Assembly (NCBI RefSeq): GCF_026210795.1
Contig: NC_089430.1
Location: 1 to 64,000, forward strand
Reading direction: 5' to 3'
DNA from: Rhizophagus irregularis
Lineage: Eukaryota
DNA length: 64,000 nt
The stretch's first letter is position 1. Every line of letters begins with the position of its first letter. This document shows, piece after piece, positions 25,714 to 40,479 of the stretch. The translations under genes were made by a program, and so were the position numbers. The notes under the pieces were generated by a model, which worked only from the letters and a program-made list of their open reading frames with translations, was not told the origin of the DNA and did not search any database.

Positions 25714-28549
25714 TAAACTTTGAAATTTTCAAATAAATAAATTAATTCTTTATTTTTATTTTTAAATTTCTTTTATTTATAATTAGTTTTATTTTTTAAA
25801 ATCAATCATTTTATTAAATAAAAAATAAAATATTATATTAACTGTTAATAATTTATAAATTATTAATATTTTAAAATAATTACAGTTAATTCTTTTTATA
25901 GTTATTTCTATTATAATTATATTTTATTATATAATCATACTAGGATCCTAAATAATACTGATACAATTTACATTTGAGTTTGTGTAGAATTTATATTAAA
26001 ATTTTTCAAAAGTTGCATATTACAGATGTGTTTTCAAAATTTTATTATCATACATACCTCTGTTTTTAACATAACCAGTGATTTGATTTTAATAAAATTT
26101 ATATCATTAGATTTGTTTTGATGGGAGGATTCTAATGATAGTAAAATTGAATTTCTAGCTTCAATATCGACAGAATTATATCATAAAATGCATTTTTACT
26201 TTAGTATTTAAAGTTTATTTGTGAGTTATATTAGTATTATTTGGGTTCTATTATATTAGTTAAATGATTAAAATAAAATTTAGGGTTAGGGTTAAAGTTA
26301 CGGTTTTCTGGTATGAAAAAAGTTATAATAAAAGTTCATCAAACAATATCTACCAACAAATAAAAGTATTTAAACTAAGTAAGTGTCTGCACGCCATTTT
26401 AATTCCTCTTAAATAACTTTTTCATCCAGCTCCTTATGCGTAATAAAGGAGCAGCACATTAATACAACTTTCCTAATTATTGATTACAGCAGTTGTAACG
26501 CCAATTAGTAATCAATAAACTCCTTATATTCTTTTTTAATCAAAAATAATAAAAAATTAAATTAAAAAAGAGATGAAATCAGAGGAATTTGTTTCATCAA
26601 AGTTTCATCTAGCCTTATTAAACTAATAAGGTAAAATGAATTAAAAATTAGCAATTAAAATTAATAATTAAAATGGCATAAAAATGGAACAAATAAATGA
26701 AAATCCAAAATGCCAAAAAAAACTGCAGCATGTGTATGCGGTAATGAATCCTATTGGTTCATGTCGATCTTTGTGATGTAGTAAAAAATTTGAAAAAATT
26801 TTTTCTAAGTTAAAAGTTACATGACTTCAGTTAAACTTATACATAAAGCTCTGCATGAGCCGAGCCAGCTTGTGAGCTGGTTCAAGCTTTTCAAGCTGAA
26901 CTGAACTGAGTCATAATTAAATTGGCTTAGTGGTTTGTGAGCCAGCTCGAAAAGAGCTCGAGCTGGTAATAGGCTTGGCTCAAAAAGCTCAAGCCGATAA
27001 TAGGCTCAGCTTAAAAAGCTTAAGCTGATAATAAGCTCAGCTCAAAAGGCTCAAGCTGGCTTGTAAGTTATCATACAAAAAACGTTGCAAAACGTTTTTG
27101 TATTATAATATATTAAAAAAACGTTTTGCAACGTTTTTTTTCAATATTTTAATAAAAAATGGTGCGAAACGTTTTTCATAATAATATATTTAAAAAAAAA
27201 TATTTCACAACATTTTTTTTCAATATTTTAATAAAAGGATAAACTTATTCGTAACATCCTATTACACATCTTATCTGTAACTACCTCGAAAAGTTAGGTC
27301 GGATAAAATAATTTATATGTATTTTTATTTCGTTTTTTTTGTTTTTTTTAATAAATTTATTATAAATTTTATTATTGTAAAAAATCATATGACTGAACAT
27401 GGGTGGCTTAGAATTATACGGTAATGATCATCCACGCAAAAATAAAATAAGCAGTACAAGTATTAACACACAATTGTTTAAACTTCATCCTTTATCTAAA
27501 GAAACTTAACTCTTCTATAAACGTCAACGATTTCTGCAAATATGATATATACAGTATCATTATATAAGTGTCAAAAATGAATCAAGATAAAGAAATACAA
27601 TGAAAAGATAATATTACCGATTCTGACATCTCGCACTATTATGTCCTGCTTGACCGCACGTTTTGCAGGTATATTTTGCGCGAGACTTTTTTTCGGTTGA
27701 TGATTTAAACCACTTTGTTTCTGGGCATCCTTTATACCGCAAATCTAATGGATTTTCAACTTGTTGAAGTTCATTTTCTTTATTATCATCAACTTGGACT
27801 TCAGAACGTTCCATAAGTTCTTGGTTTCGCGTAATTATTATTTCCTTGTGTCGAATAATAAACTGTTTTAACCAACTAACCATTTCATTATGACTGTCAA
27901 GTTCAACAGAAAGTTGAGCTGCCTGTCGTGCAAGTCCCCATACTTCTCCATATTTGACCTTTTTCTTTGCCGCACAACGTAAAGCATCATCAGCAAGTTT
28001 GAAAAGTGTTGATTCACACCAGTATACGCGTTGATCAACACCAGCTAGTTGTTCAACGCGTTTTACAATATTAATCAACACCCGTATACTGGAGTATATC
28101 AACGCTTAATGTTAATATACGCGTCATTCAACTCTAATGTGTAGTTCAACACATTATGCATTGTTGTTCAACGCACTGTATATTAACACAACTATATATA
28201 TAATATATTAATTAAATTATATTTATTTTGCTCACCTTAGGAACCGAACCGATTACCTCAATTACACTATTAATACGTCAAATCTCACGACCTAACCATT
28301 GTACCATTTAATTTAAGTATATATATACATATATTATAATTAATATTTAAAAAAAAATTTTATTGCATCACGTGTTTTATGTAATGTAAGCTTAATATGC
28401 GTTTTTCACTGCCAGTGAACGCGAAGTATAATTATACTATAATTATCATATCATTTTAACTTTACTAAACAACATATTAATTATCTCTACTAACTAAATA
28501 CTTGCAAGTATAATATACTGTATTTATTGTTTTACGCAATTTATCGAAA

Positions 28550-31500
28550 TTAAAACATAAATGTATTAACAAAATATTCATTTTGTCGTTCGGCACGTTG
28601 AACTACTTGTACCAATTCTATAATTGATTCAATAGGCACAAAGTTATACGTGTTTATAATCTTCAACCAAGGACAATCATATTTGTATAATTGTCTTGAA
28701 TTACAAAAATCGTACCATTGTACAAGGGCAAGATCAAACGACAAATCTTTTTCGATAATTTTAACGTTAATCAACATAAGAACCTAAATATAAAATAAGT
28801 AAGTTATTGCTTGGATTATCATTCGTTAGTAGTTCAATATTAAATAAAATTCTGTACCTTGCCAAAACATGCACCACCTTCGGCTGTATTATAATCTTTA
28901 GACTCTTCCTCGCTCATGCTGATTGACACATCACTAAATGACGGTTCGTTATAATACAAGCTTTTTGCTCTAATGTAATCCCCGCTTGAAGAAATATTAG
29001 CATAACTATACCAACTAATATTAATAGTTTCATTATCGGTTAACCCTTCACATAAATCTAAAAACTCGTTTAACGATTCCAGAAAATATTCTAGAGCCGT
29101 TAGAGCTTCACGGGCCAAGCTATTGTTTGATCGGTAATTATTGAAAAACGCATCAAAATCTTGCAAATTAAATGTGCCTAACAAACTATTCATTAGAGTT
29201 TTTTGTTTGCGTCTATTAACATTTGTACGCTGAAGTAAGTATTTAATTATCCCTTTTCGGTAAACCTATATATAATATAACAATATTAATTTGTGATAAT
29301 GCATTGAATATCGTACTAGCTGTAATACCAACCGATTTAATCATTTGATCTGTTGGGTCACGCTTATTACTAGACCTATAGGGTATTTTTACGGCTTCTT
29401 TATGTAAAAATTCATACGTTTCCATCGTAAACCCGTTGATTGCTCCATATTCTCTAATTGTCTTAATGATATGATAGCACCAATTATGCAGCTTTGGTAA
29501 TCGAAGTTCTGATAGAGAATATTCTTTAAATAGTTTTATAAAGCTCTTTGCCCATTGTTTGATTAGATTCTTTAAACAAAATAAAATATAATCATGTTAA
29601 TTGCAATATTCATAAAAAACTAATCATCATATTATCTCGCTATCATACATCAAAAATCACCAGCTCTGATTCCTTAAAATACTCCCGTCGGCTGTATAAA
29701 TACATCTTATTCCAATAATAATACACGTTAACCAATGCTTCATCAGATCGTTTGGCTCGGGATGTACTTATCGATGATTTGTGGTGGTTTATGACTATTC
29801 CTTCTATGACGAAAACAAATACCTTCATCATATTCCGAAATTCATTGGCAGTAAACCGCTTAATATTTTCCAGGCCATTCTTGAATATCTTAAGGCCAGG
29901 AAATCGTGGGATTTTAGCCAAACGATTATCAAGTTCGTCAACCGCTATTTGACCACACAATTCTTTTAACAACACCCTTGTGTAGGTCACTTGATAATTA
30001 AACAATCCCAAGTCGAGATGATGCATTCGGTCAGGTATTGTTGACAAATAAATATTTAACTGACTATCGTTTATTTTTGAGTAAATATATTAGAAAATAA
30101 TTGGCAAAATAAACACACTTTCTTTAAAAATCACGTGATACGTACGGATAATTCCAAAAGATGTTTTTCATATCGTGTAGAGAATATTGTTGTGCAGAAT
30201 TTTGTTCAACAAGACATCTCATATTTTCTGGTGTTCTTAAGATAATTTGATCGTTTGTTAACTCCACATTGTTCAGCTTCTCACGCTCCACCAAACATTT
30301 ATGACAAGGGTGGTGACAATTAACAGAGTTAAATGTTAAAGTTACCGCAGCATTTTCTGGTAAATCTCCTAACATTACGGAAATAAACGGAAAACACCAC
30401 TTTATACCATTATCTGTTTGAAGATCAAATCCACCATTATAGTCAAGTAACGATCGTGTCAATATATTTAAAGCATATTGATAAAGGACTCGCTTGGCTA
30501 ACCGAAAACTCTTTGACCTCTTTTGTGAAATATCTTTTGCCTTTAGGATCGGCAGATAACCCAAAAGTATTTTGGCATCAGGCCTATTTCTGCGCCAACT
30601 AACTATATTACCAAGTGTCAAATAAATGGGATGTTCGCTGGTCTTTCCTAAGTGATCACGTGTCGTAGCATCCGAATATAAAATTACTGACAATACATTT
30701 GCACCATTAGGAAGTGATTTTTGGACTCTTTCCCACCATTGTCCATTATATTGTTCGTTATATATTCTTTCTCCGTTATGATTTAATAGTGTAAATTTAA
30801 AAGTACAATGGGCAAATATATCCTTATTGCTCAACAATTCCTTTATAACGTCAAAAATCGGACGATAATGAAGATAATACGTTTCTTGTTTATATGTCAT
30901 GATAGGCGCTTTTTTAAAAGAAATATGTGGTACAACAATTTGATCCAACAATTGATGACCTTTTTTTACCGACGTAGGTAAAATTACATTATCGCGGCAA
31001 ATCTTTTTTGAAAATTTAAGTATATCGTTACCACATGCATCAGACAAATTCCATTTAGTAAGCAACTCCATAAAATTTCCAAACTCTTCGCTTGGAAATT
31101 CTGGTATATTTGTTACTCTAATATCAAGAGATTCGAAGGTTAGGATTGGTTCAACGTCAATTAGCGAATATTCGATTTCAATGTCTCTTGATTCGTCAAT
31201 CACTTCCTATATATGGATGTTAATAGACAATAAATACTTGATAAATATGTCGATCGCTTTCTATATATAGACATATATAGACGCACACAAAAGTATAAAT
31301 TATTTTAATTTCATTTAACGTTGATTTCTCACCTCCTCTTTCTCTTCCTCTTCCTCTTCATAGCTCACCTCTTCTAGTTGTTCATCATTATCGCTCCCTT
31401 CCTCTTCTTCTTCCCCTTCGTCTTCCCCTTCCCCTTCGTAGTTCACATCCTCTAGTACTTCATCATTATCTTCCCTTTCTTCTTCGTAGTTCACATCCTC

Positions 31501-31773
31501 TAGTACTTCATCATTATCTTCACTTTCTTCTTCGTAGCTCACCTCCTCTTGTACTTCATCATTATTAGTACTCCCCCTCTCTTCCTCTCCCTCTTCGTAG
31601 CTCGCCTCCTCAAGTCGTTCGTCGTCACCCACTTCCTCTTGTTCATGTTCTACTTCTTCAGCAATTTCTCTAAGAACTTTATCAATTATATCATCGTGAG
31701 TTTTCACATGATTTCGTAGAGAAGCACGACGACTGAAGACTCTTTCACAATGTGGACACGAGTATATAGCCAT
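28550..31773 (-). CDS. Plavaka-family transposase with N-terminal C2H2 zinc finger and acidic tract (multi-exon)
   Basis: CPHCERVFSRRASLRNHVKTH, E-rich repeats, ILYSDATTRDHLGKTSEHPIYLTLGNI, GDLPE, PDRMHHLDLGLF, KLHNWCYH and ETYEFLHKEAVKIPYRSSN across about 6-7 ORF segments separated by intron-sized gaps. Confidence 0.85.
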
Positions 31774-32932
31774 TTTTTGAAGTTGATTTATGGTGAATAA
31801 GTTTTTTATTTGACGCTAGCAAAGTAAGTTAATTTATATAAAAACATTAAGGTTTTTTACATGTTGATTTATTATATTAACTTGTTTAACAATAATTTGA
31901 CTATATGCCTCAATAATATTAACAATACTTAACAATACAGTATTGCTTGACGTATTGCACGGTTTACACAATGTTAACAGTTAGTGTTACTGATTACGAT
32001 CAATCAAGAAATACATACATTAAATTAATCAATCATCGTGTCGTTTAAATATTTAGGTGAGGATATCAAATGATACCATCAGTTAACTGCGTAATGATAC
32101 TGATGAAAATATTCACATTTAAGGTGTCAACAAACACAACAAACATCATAGAAATTAACGCATAATTATTATTATTAGTACTTTTACGACGAATAAAATA
32201 AAGGATTAATTAATACAGTAAACTGGAACGTCCAAAAGCAAAACCGAGCGTTGGATGAAGGTAATTATATTTTGTTGGAAATTTCACTTGTTTTAATTTA
32301 CATCCTCGATATTTACAATTTCCCGTTAAAATTTTCTCTCTTCTTCAGATTTAATCTCTTCCTTCTCTTTATTGCTCACCTCTACTACTAGTTGTTCTGT
32401 TCATCGTTAAACGCTTTCATTTCTAGCTGTCCATAGTTACTCATCACGTCTACTTCATCAGCAGAAATTCAATTTGAAACATCACATGATTTCGTAAGGA
32501 TGAACAACGATTAACAATGTGATGAACAACGACTAATACTTTTTTGCAATGTGGGCGTTGAAATTCGAAGTGAAGAAATGAATCAGATTTGTCGTTGCAA
32601 CACGTGACATGACTAATACTTTTTTGCGATGTGGGCGTTGAAATTCGAATGAATCGTTGTAACACGTGACATTGCGCCGCAATTTAGTCTTAAAGTAACA
32701 TCTAGTTAAGTAATTACATTAATTATGTTTGTTACAAGTTACACTGGACACTAAGTAAGTATACTAATCATTAGTATACTTGAGTATACTTACGTATAGG
32801 TAAATCAAGTAGATCATCACACATAAGAGTTAAAAAATGATTGCTTTTTTTTCTCACATTCTAATATTTTTTTTTCTCATTCTCACATTCTAATAATCAA
32901 TTAATTCTCTCTTGTCAGTCATCTTTTTATCA

Positions 32933-35918
32933 ATGGATAACGACGACAACAAAAATAATAATAATAAAACCAGCGGCAAACGCTCTTTAGATTTTAATAA
33001 TTTAAAACGCCCAAAACCTACTACTAGATCTAGTACTAGGTCTACTAGATCTACTAGATCGTCAACGAGTATGAATATAGAAGTAATTATTTTAACTTTA
33101 AATTATTATATATATTTGGTTGTAAATTATTATGATTGTATAAATATACTTATATAATTAATATCTTTTAGATCAACGAACAAAATAATTTGAAAGGTTT
33201 TATTTTAGTTTTTTTTTGAACTTGTGTGAACGAATATCTAAAAATACATTATAATTAACAGATACCGAAGCCAATCATCAAACAATTTCAGACGCTTCAC
33301 AAATAGAGACTCCAAAAAAGACGAAAATTGCAAGGTTAGATTTGTTTCGTGATAGAGATATTGATGAGATTATTATCGGTACCAATAAAACTACCAAAGG
33401 ATCTTCTCAAGTAATATCAGTTATCAATTTTGTTATTGTTTATATTATTCATTATTAGTTTATTAAATACATTTTATTGTTTTCATCAGGCAATAAATGA
33501 ATCATCAACAATATCCTCTTATATCCCTTCGGTGGTAATTTCTCCTCCTTCCTTCTCTCCTCCTTCCTCTATTAAAACAACGATATCTGATAAAGCAGCA
33601 TCTGGTGGTAAAGCAGCATCTGATAAAGCAGCATCTGGTGGTAAAGCAGCGTCTGATAAAGCAGCATCTGGTGGTAAAGCAGCGTCTGGTAAAGCAGCGT
33701 CTGGTAAAGCAGCATCTGGTGGTAAAGCAGCGTCTGGTAAAGCAGCATCTGGTGGTAAAGCAGCATCCGGTTCTAGTAAATCATCATCATCCAGCGTTAA
33801 GGCAGTGATTAGTAAAGAATCGCCATCAAATAATAATGTGACAACATCATCATCTAAAGTAACGGATCAAGGTTAGATACGATATATACTGTTTGTTCAT
33901 TGTTGTTTTGTTAATAAATTATCAAATTGGTTCTTATTATTCTTATTAACGATAATTTATAGCAGTTAGTTCTGGTGAATTTGCCAAATTAATACAAATT
34001 AATCAAAAAACAGCATCAAAACTCAACACGATTATTAATAATCAAGAAAGGTTTGAAGCTATGTTAAACGAACAAAAAGACCAGATTTCAAATATAATGT
34101 CGGTATTAGATTCTCATCGCAACGTTGAAACTGAAGTCGAGGTTAAAAAAAGGGTAAAACGAAAAAGAAAGACAAAAACTCAGATGAATTTTATCACGTT
34201 GTCACCGGCACCTGCCACGTACCGATAGACGAAATCTTAACATTTATAAATATATATATGTCCGTGCTTGGTTTAGATTTTATCATTTTAATTTATTCAA
34301 AATTTCAAACTTCGATAATTTCCCTTAGTGTTATCATAACATTATTAATTATCATTATATTTTCCTAAGTTCCCAATATTATTTTCAATTTCAAGTCAAA
34401 ACTCCCTTTTTTCACTTAAGTCCAAAATCTCGATCTTAAATAACTTTTCTTATCTTGAATATCTTTTCTTATCTCTTGATCATCTATCTAAAACTTAACA
34501 TTCCCCAACAATTTACTTGTTATTCCATTATACATTCTCCAACTTAACATTTTCATTATAAATCTGTATCCATGAATTATTTCCCCAACAATTGATTTGT
34601 CTGATTCCCTTTTAATTTATCATTTATAATTTTCCCATTCCATCATAATTTATATGATCCATAATTTTCTCATTCCATCAATTAAACTATCAAAGTCCTC
34701 CCAACGAAATAATAATCTATTTATGCTAGACTACTAATAACTAATCTAATAATATAAATAATTATAAATAACTGAATTATAAATAAATATTATTATAAAT
34801 AACTAACTATTGTACAACTATAATAATGTATTTCTAATTATTTCAGTTAAATATTCTTTCATCGGTTAAATGTTTATCCATATTCCATTCGGTATTTCAT
34901 TCAGCCTTCGGATAATTATTCCTCTGTTCACGTGATTATTTCGATATCTAGGGTTACAACGTAAATATATGGTTTAAAGTTATGTATTTCTTTATATTAT
35001 TTACTAAATATAACAATTTGTATGTATTAAGGATGCGATTAAAGATCTTTCTTATGAATTATTTCATGAGCATCGACGAGTAACCGACCGACAAATGAAA
35101 AATCGCCTTAAAGAAAAATTAGAAAATGATGAAACATCCGCCAAAATACTCATGAAGTTGTCCGGAAAAGGAGTTTCGTTCGATTATTTGTGGGATGATA
35201 GAATGCATTCACAAGTAAGTAGTATTTGTATTATATATTAGTCATTAATTGCCAAATTTATAACAACTTGTTTATTTTATTAAATATAGTTACTTGCTGC
35301 AAATCGCGTTAAAAAAGGTTACTACATTAGAAAATTGAAAGAAAGTTTGTGGAGTACTTTCGGTATTAATAGAATAACGCCATTCAAAGATAATTTCAGC
35401 AAACAACAGATGCGAACATGGAAAGCAAGTAAAAACGTTCAACAGGTCCATGAAGATTTATACAAACCGAGCGACTCAGATGATCCATCGTCTGATACTT
35501 ATATTTCGTTAATAATTAAATCGGTTTTTGCATCTGATAAAGAGCGTACAAATGAAAACGCCATTTGGGTTCAGTCGGTATTAGAAGTTATATTTGACGA
35601 GGAACATCTTTCGTCAAAAAGCGATGCAGACATTGTCGATTCATGGACCGGAAATATAACAGATACAGACGTGGTAAGTACTCAACTGAATTGTATGTAA
35701 TGTTTTAAATTAAATTACTAGTAATATTGTATTTCTTTATTTAGGATTCTGAAGAATGTGAATGTGAGTCTTCGCCCAAAACACCTATAACACCTATTGA
35801 CGATGATGATGAAATCATTGGAGTTGATAATCGTGTTGATGATGTTTATGATGAGCATACGACGGACGATAATCAAGCAGCTGATTTAGAAGTTGCTGAT
35901 TTAGAAGAAGAGCAATAA
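32933..35918 (+). CDS. Second (accessory) gene of the Plavaka element; multi-exon, low complexity, interrupted by a solo LTR
   Basis: ATG at 32933, short exons with GT-AG introns, (KAASGG/KAASD)n repeat at 33590-33770, acidic C-terminus ending TAA at 35916-35918. Confidence 0.6.
34200..34958 (-). mobile_element. Solo LTR (Gypsy-like)
   Basis: TGT...ACA termini with a perfect 4-bp ACGT duplication. Reverse-complement ends resemble the LTR at 56958-57658. Confidence 0.75.
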
Positions 35919-36684
35919 AAGTTCACGTGACTTTTATAATTTGATATTATTCGTTGTTGTCATTTTTTGTCTTCTAATCTATATGTATTATTCTAGTATG
36001 CATTATATTATGTATCAATTGCAATTTAGCAATATCATTCAGTTAATAATATTAATATAATTATCGCGTTTCAGTTTGTAGAAAGATCAATCAAGTGATT
36101 CAGTTGTACAAATCACATTCCCACCTTGTTATGGTTGTGTCACCAGGGGCGCTATGTCAACGGAAATTTAGTACGTTGATCGCTTAAAAATCCGCGGCAA
36201 TCCAATTATAACAAGAGGAATTTACATTAGATAATGTATTTGAATTGATACGTATTTTATCATAAATAAATTTACATATTTTATATAATATATATATTAA
36301 TAATATACAATAAAATCATTGCTTTACGCATTTTTAATATCAATATACGCGTTTTTATACATTGTATACACGTTTTTAAACTATCGTTGTTTTACTGTAT
36401 GTTGTTTTACATTTAAATTGGTGTTGTTTTACGCGTTTTTCAACGTTTTTAGGTGGCGTTGATTGACAAAGGGTTCGTTTCCCTACGTTTTTTGGCGTTG
36501 AGCAACACATGGCGTTTTTCAACACTTTATACGCCTGTTTAAAACTTGCTGATGATTAGTAATGGTTGTAGGAACAGTAGAAGGATTTGGAGTGAATACT
36601 ACACCCGAAAAATTTTGAGCAGCTTTTGTATTTACAAAACAACAAGTTTTTGCTGCTGCGTCCTTATCTTTCTGATTATCGATA

Positions 36685-36856
36685 CAGTCAAACCTTGATA
36701 TAGTGAACCCTTGATATAGTGAATTTTTCAGACAACTATAATAAATTTCCCCTCGCTATAACGAATTAACCAATCAAATCTCTTAAAATCTTCACTATAA
36801 CCTTATAGCGAAGTTGAAGTCTAGACCCTAGGGTTCGTTATAACAAGGGTTGACTG
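36685..36856. mobile_element. Tc1/mariner/pogo-like MITE inserted in the MULE coding sequence
   Basis: TIR CAGTCAA(A/C)CCTTG(A/T)TATA with TA duplication. Removal restores PSRWYIDNQKDK. Confidence 0.85.
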
Positions 36857-38959
36857 TATACCACCTCGAAGGTATCATTTGGATTTGAAATCCTGCAACT
36901 TGTGAAGTCATCATTATTCGAAAGTAGTGGCGACATATAATGCCGCAGGATATATTAGACATGCACGAACAAAGGTAAGAAATGGAATCAATTATCACCA
37001 CGAAATATATATGCTTTTTATTTTCAGGTCGCATATCGGTAATCTTCCATACTTCTTGAATGTTTTCTTCACCAACTTCAGCAATTATTGACTTCAACAG
37101 AATTTGCTTAGCATCATATGAATCTTCAACACATCCTTCCATTACACCAGCTTCTGGATCCTATATAGCAATAGTATTAGATTTCGTTAACATTTCAATA
37201 TATAAAAAAGACACTAAATACCTCAACGATATTTGGTTCCACTTGACTTGGTACAAAGTAAAGGCATTGTGCCATTTCCATACGCTCAGCAGACAATATT
37301 TGTGGGGTTAGGTATTCAGTCATTATTTTATCGACTTTAGGAAAAAGGTCTTGACTAACCGTTATAATCCCCACGTAAGTTGATAAAATGCGGTACTCAA
37401 AAAACCGATTCCATTGAGCTTCATGTTCAAACCGTGCATCAAGAGCATCTGCGAGACCGCATAATGTACTGTTTGCTGACAACTCACGCTTGATTATATT
37501 ATTGTGACTTTTGACGCGGAAAGTAGTTTGAATTCCTGCGGTGAAAATTTTTGACGTAAATGCACGAGCTCACGCTTGACGACTAGGATAAAGAGCTCTC
37601 ATCAGGTAATCCTTTATACTAGGATATTTTTCTATAAGCTTAGACCACCTTTCATAAAAAAGTTCTTCATACAAACTGTTACGACATGAAAAAAAGCTCC
37701 GAACGAAACTTTCATATTGATCGCTGAGCTTTGATTTAACATTCTTTGGTAGATTTTCGCTGATATGGAAAATGCAATGAATCGGGTGAGTTGTCTCGTA
37801 TATTTGTGTGATCGCTGCGTTCATGGTGGGATCGGCATCTGTGATGAACACTAAAGGTTCTGTCATTGTTGCTTTTTTTGTGCACTCCAAAATCCATTTA
37901 TAAGATTCTACCGATTTGTCAGATACGAGGGCTTGAGCTACAAGTCGTGATTTAGTATTGTTATTAACGACAAGGAAAAGTGATAATGGCATTTGATAAC
38001 GGTTGGTCTTAGCAGTGTTATCGTTTAAAATAACATCATGATACTCTAACCAAAGAGTAATTTGGGACATAGACATCCAAAAAAGCTGAGTAAGTCTTTT
38101 ATCTTGATCAAACTGAAAATCAATGAACCATCTGGGATCGTTTGACTTATGCTCAATTAGTATTTTTAGTAAGCGAAATGCATCATGGATTACATCTGGC
38201 CTAACCTTATATTTTTGTATTACATTAGAGAGATCACAGTCGAGAATAGATATAGTCAGAAATTTTGCCTTCAACAACTTTTGTTGAGTGGTAATCGGTA
38301 AATTTCTATGTTCGGTGAGAAATTGGACTTCTTTAAGGACATCATCAGGAATGCAACGGTATTTTGATGAATAATTTTCAGTATCAGCAGGAAATAACGC
38401 ATAGTTGTGCAAATTATTGAAAGTGGTAAGAGATACGCCTTGAGAGTTTTGAGGGCAATTGAAATTTGCATTCCATGGACATTGCTGGCATTTTGATTTA
38501 TGATCTTGATGACTATTAATATCAACTTGTTTTTGTGGATGATAATGGCCGCCGAATTCACATCTAAAGCTATGATGTTTAATACTCCCATCTTCACGCT
38601 GACCTAATCGTTTCTTTATAATCGTAAATTCATGTCTTTTGCTATAGGCTTTTATGATTCCGTCCACATCTCCCCACGACCTAAAGGTATCGCCTATGGA
38701 AAGATTTGTTATAGTTAAATATTCAAGGTAACACAGGTCGAACAGGTGTCATTGTCGCAAAATTTGCCTGGAATTTTTCTGGCAAATTGAGAATTATCCC
38801 GGTAAATTGGGGTAAATTGTGTTACAATTTTGGGATAATGGAGGACTTACAATTTGGCAAATTTTGTCAAAATGGCAGAATTCCTACAGAATTCCTAATT
38901 CAAATGTTGAGAAATTTTTCAGATAAATTATCATTAAATTGTGGGAAATTCTAGGCAAA

Positions 38960-39440
38960 TTTTTAGTAATGTGATGCAAACGAAGTGTAAATTGTGGTGA
39001 ATTTAGTTAAATTTTTAGTAATTTTATGCAAACGTAATGTAAATTGTGGTGAATTTAGTCAAATTTTTAGTAATTTTATGCAAATTGTGGTGAATTTAGT
39101 TAATGTTATGCAAACGTAATGCGAATTGTGGTGAATTTAATCAAATTTTTAGTAATTTTATGCAAACGTAATGCAAATTGTGGTGAATTTAGTCAAATTT
39201 TTAGTAATGTTATGTAAACGAAGTGCAAATTGTGGTGAATTTAGTCAAATTTTTAGTAATTTTATGCAAACGTAATGCAAATTGTGGTGAATTTAGTCAA
39301 ATTTTTAGTAATTTTATGCAAACGTAATGCAAATTGTGGTGAATTTAGTTAATGTTATGTAAACGAAATGCAAATTGTGGTGAATTTTTAGCAATATTAG
39401 GCCAATGTTATGTAAATTGTGATGAATTTTTTGTAATGAT
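38960..39440. repeat. Tandem repeat, about 51-bp unit
   Basis: Repeated 'aaattgtggtgaatttagtcaaatttttagtaattttatgcaaacgtaatgc'. Confidence 0.9.
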
Positions 39441-40479
39441 ACGTAAATTGCAAATTTGAAATAAAAACTTTCCATTGTTGCACAATTTACCAGGAAAATT
39501 CTGGTAAATTGTGCATTTTTTTGTCAAATTTTGGAAAAATGGACCGTTTTACCAAAATTTAACTTTTAAATGCTAGAAAATTTTTAGCAATTTTAGACAA
39601 TTGAGTGACAATTGTTTGACAATTTTTGGACAATTGAGTGTAAATGTAATATTTTTAAGACAATTTCTGACAATTGAGTAATAATTAAGCAACAATTTTG
39701 TGTAATTTTATACAAATTTTATAACAATTTATTGATTCTAATTTTATTAACAATTTATCTAATTATTCAATTATAACGTGTAATTAAGTACAATAATGTT
39801 AAAGAAAACAAACATCAAAAAAAAACAAAAAGTTTCGAAGGTTAATCTTCGAAACTCACCAAGCAAGGAGCCAAAGAACTATTAACTTGTTACAATAACC
39901 TACAAAAAAAGAAAACCATTCAGTTAGAATGTTTCTTAAAGATAAAACAGAAGTTTCGTAACAAAACGTACAAAACTTACCATTTCAGAAGCCATATCCA
40001 ATACCTGAATGTAAAGTAATGGCTTATATTCAACAATGGTTTTACGAGATTCATGTTTCCTAAGTTAGCTTTCCAGATATCCCCGAACTTACAAAAAAGA
40101 GAAGGAACGTTAGTAAACGGTCCTAATAAAAAAAAATTTAAGTTTCATGATATTTGTCATGAAACTCACCATTTAAACTAAAGTTTCGAAGTTATACTTT
40201 GAAACCTACACGTTATCCAAACCCAAGTTCGAATCTGGAGGGGAGGGACCTACAAAAGAGAATAAAAAAATGTTAATAAAACATTTCTTTAAAAAACAAA
40301 CTGAAGTTTCGCAACGTTTTTTTTGTTGCGAAACTTACCAAAGTCAAGTATCCCGCTCGAACTTACAAAAAAAAAATAGAAAAGAAACATTAAAAAATGT
40401 TTCTAATAATAATAAAAAAAAACACGGTAAGTTTTGTTGCGAAACTTACCATTTTCACTTTCCAATGATACCCGAATTG

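Larger units (their letters stand above)
27988..36554 (-). mobile_element. CMC/Plavaka-type DNA transposon, 8.6 kb, two divergent genes
   Basis: Termini CATCAGCAAGTTT...AAACTTGCTGATG with a 2-bp AT duplication. Excision restores the host MULE frame (PTTITNALRCAAKKK). Confidence 0.85.

Noticed and set aside
26280..26294. Interstitial TTAGGGTTAGGGTTA
   Set aside because: Only 2.5 units; too short to call a healed break or an internal telomere.
26845..27230. GAGCC/GGCTC-rich segment resembling a hAT MITE end
   Set aside because: No matching second terminus or TSD found.
33572..33808. ORFs with LLYHQM and VKQHL repeats
   Set aside because: Alternative frames of the KAASGG coding minisatellite.
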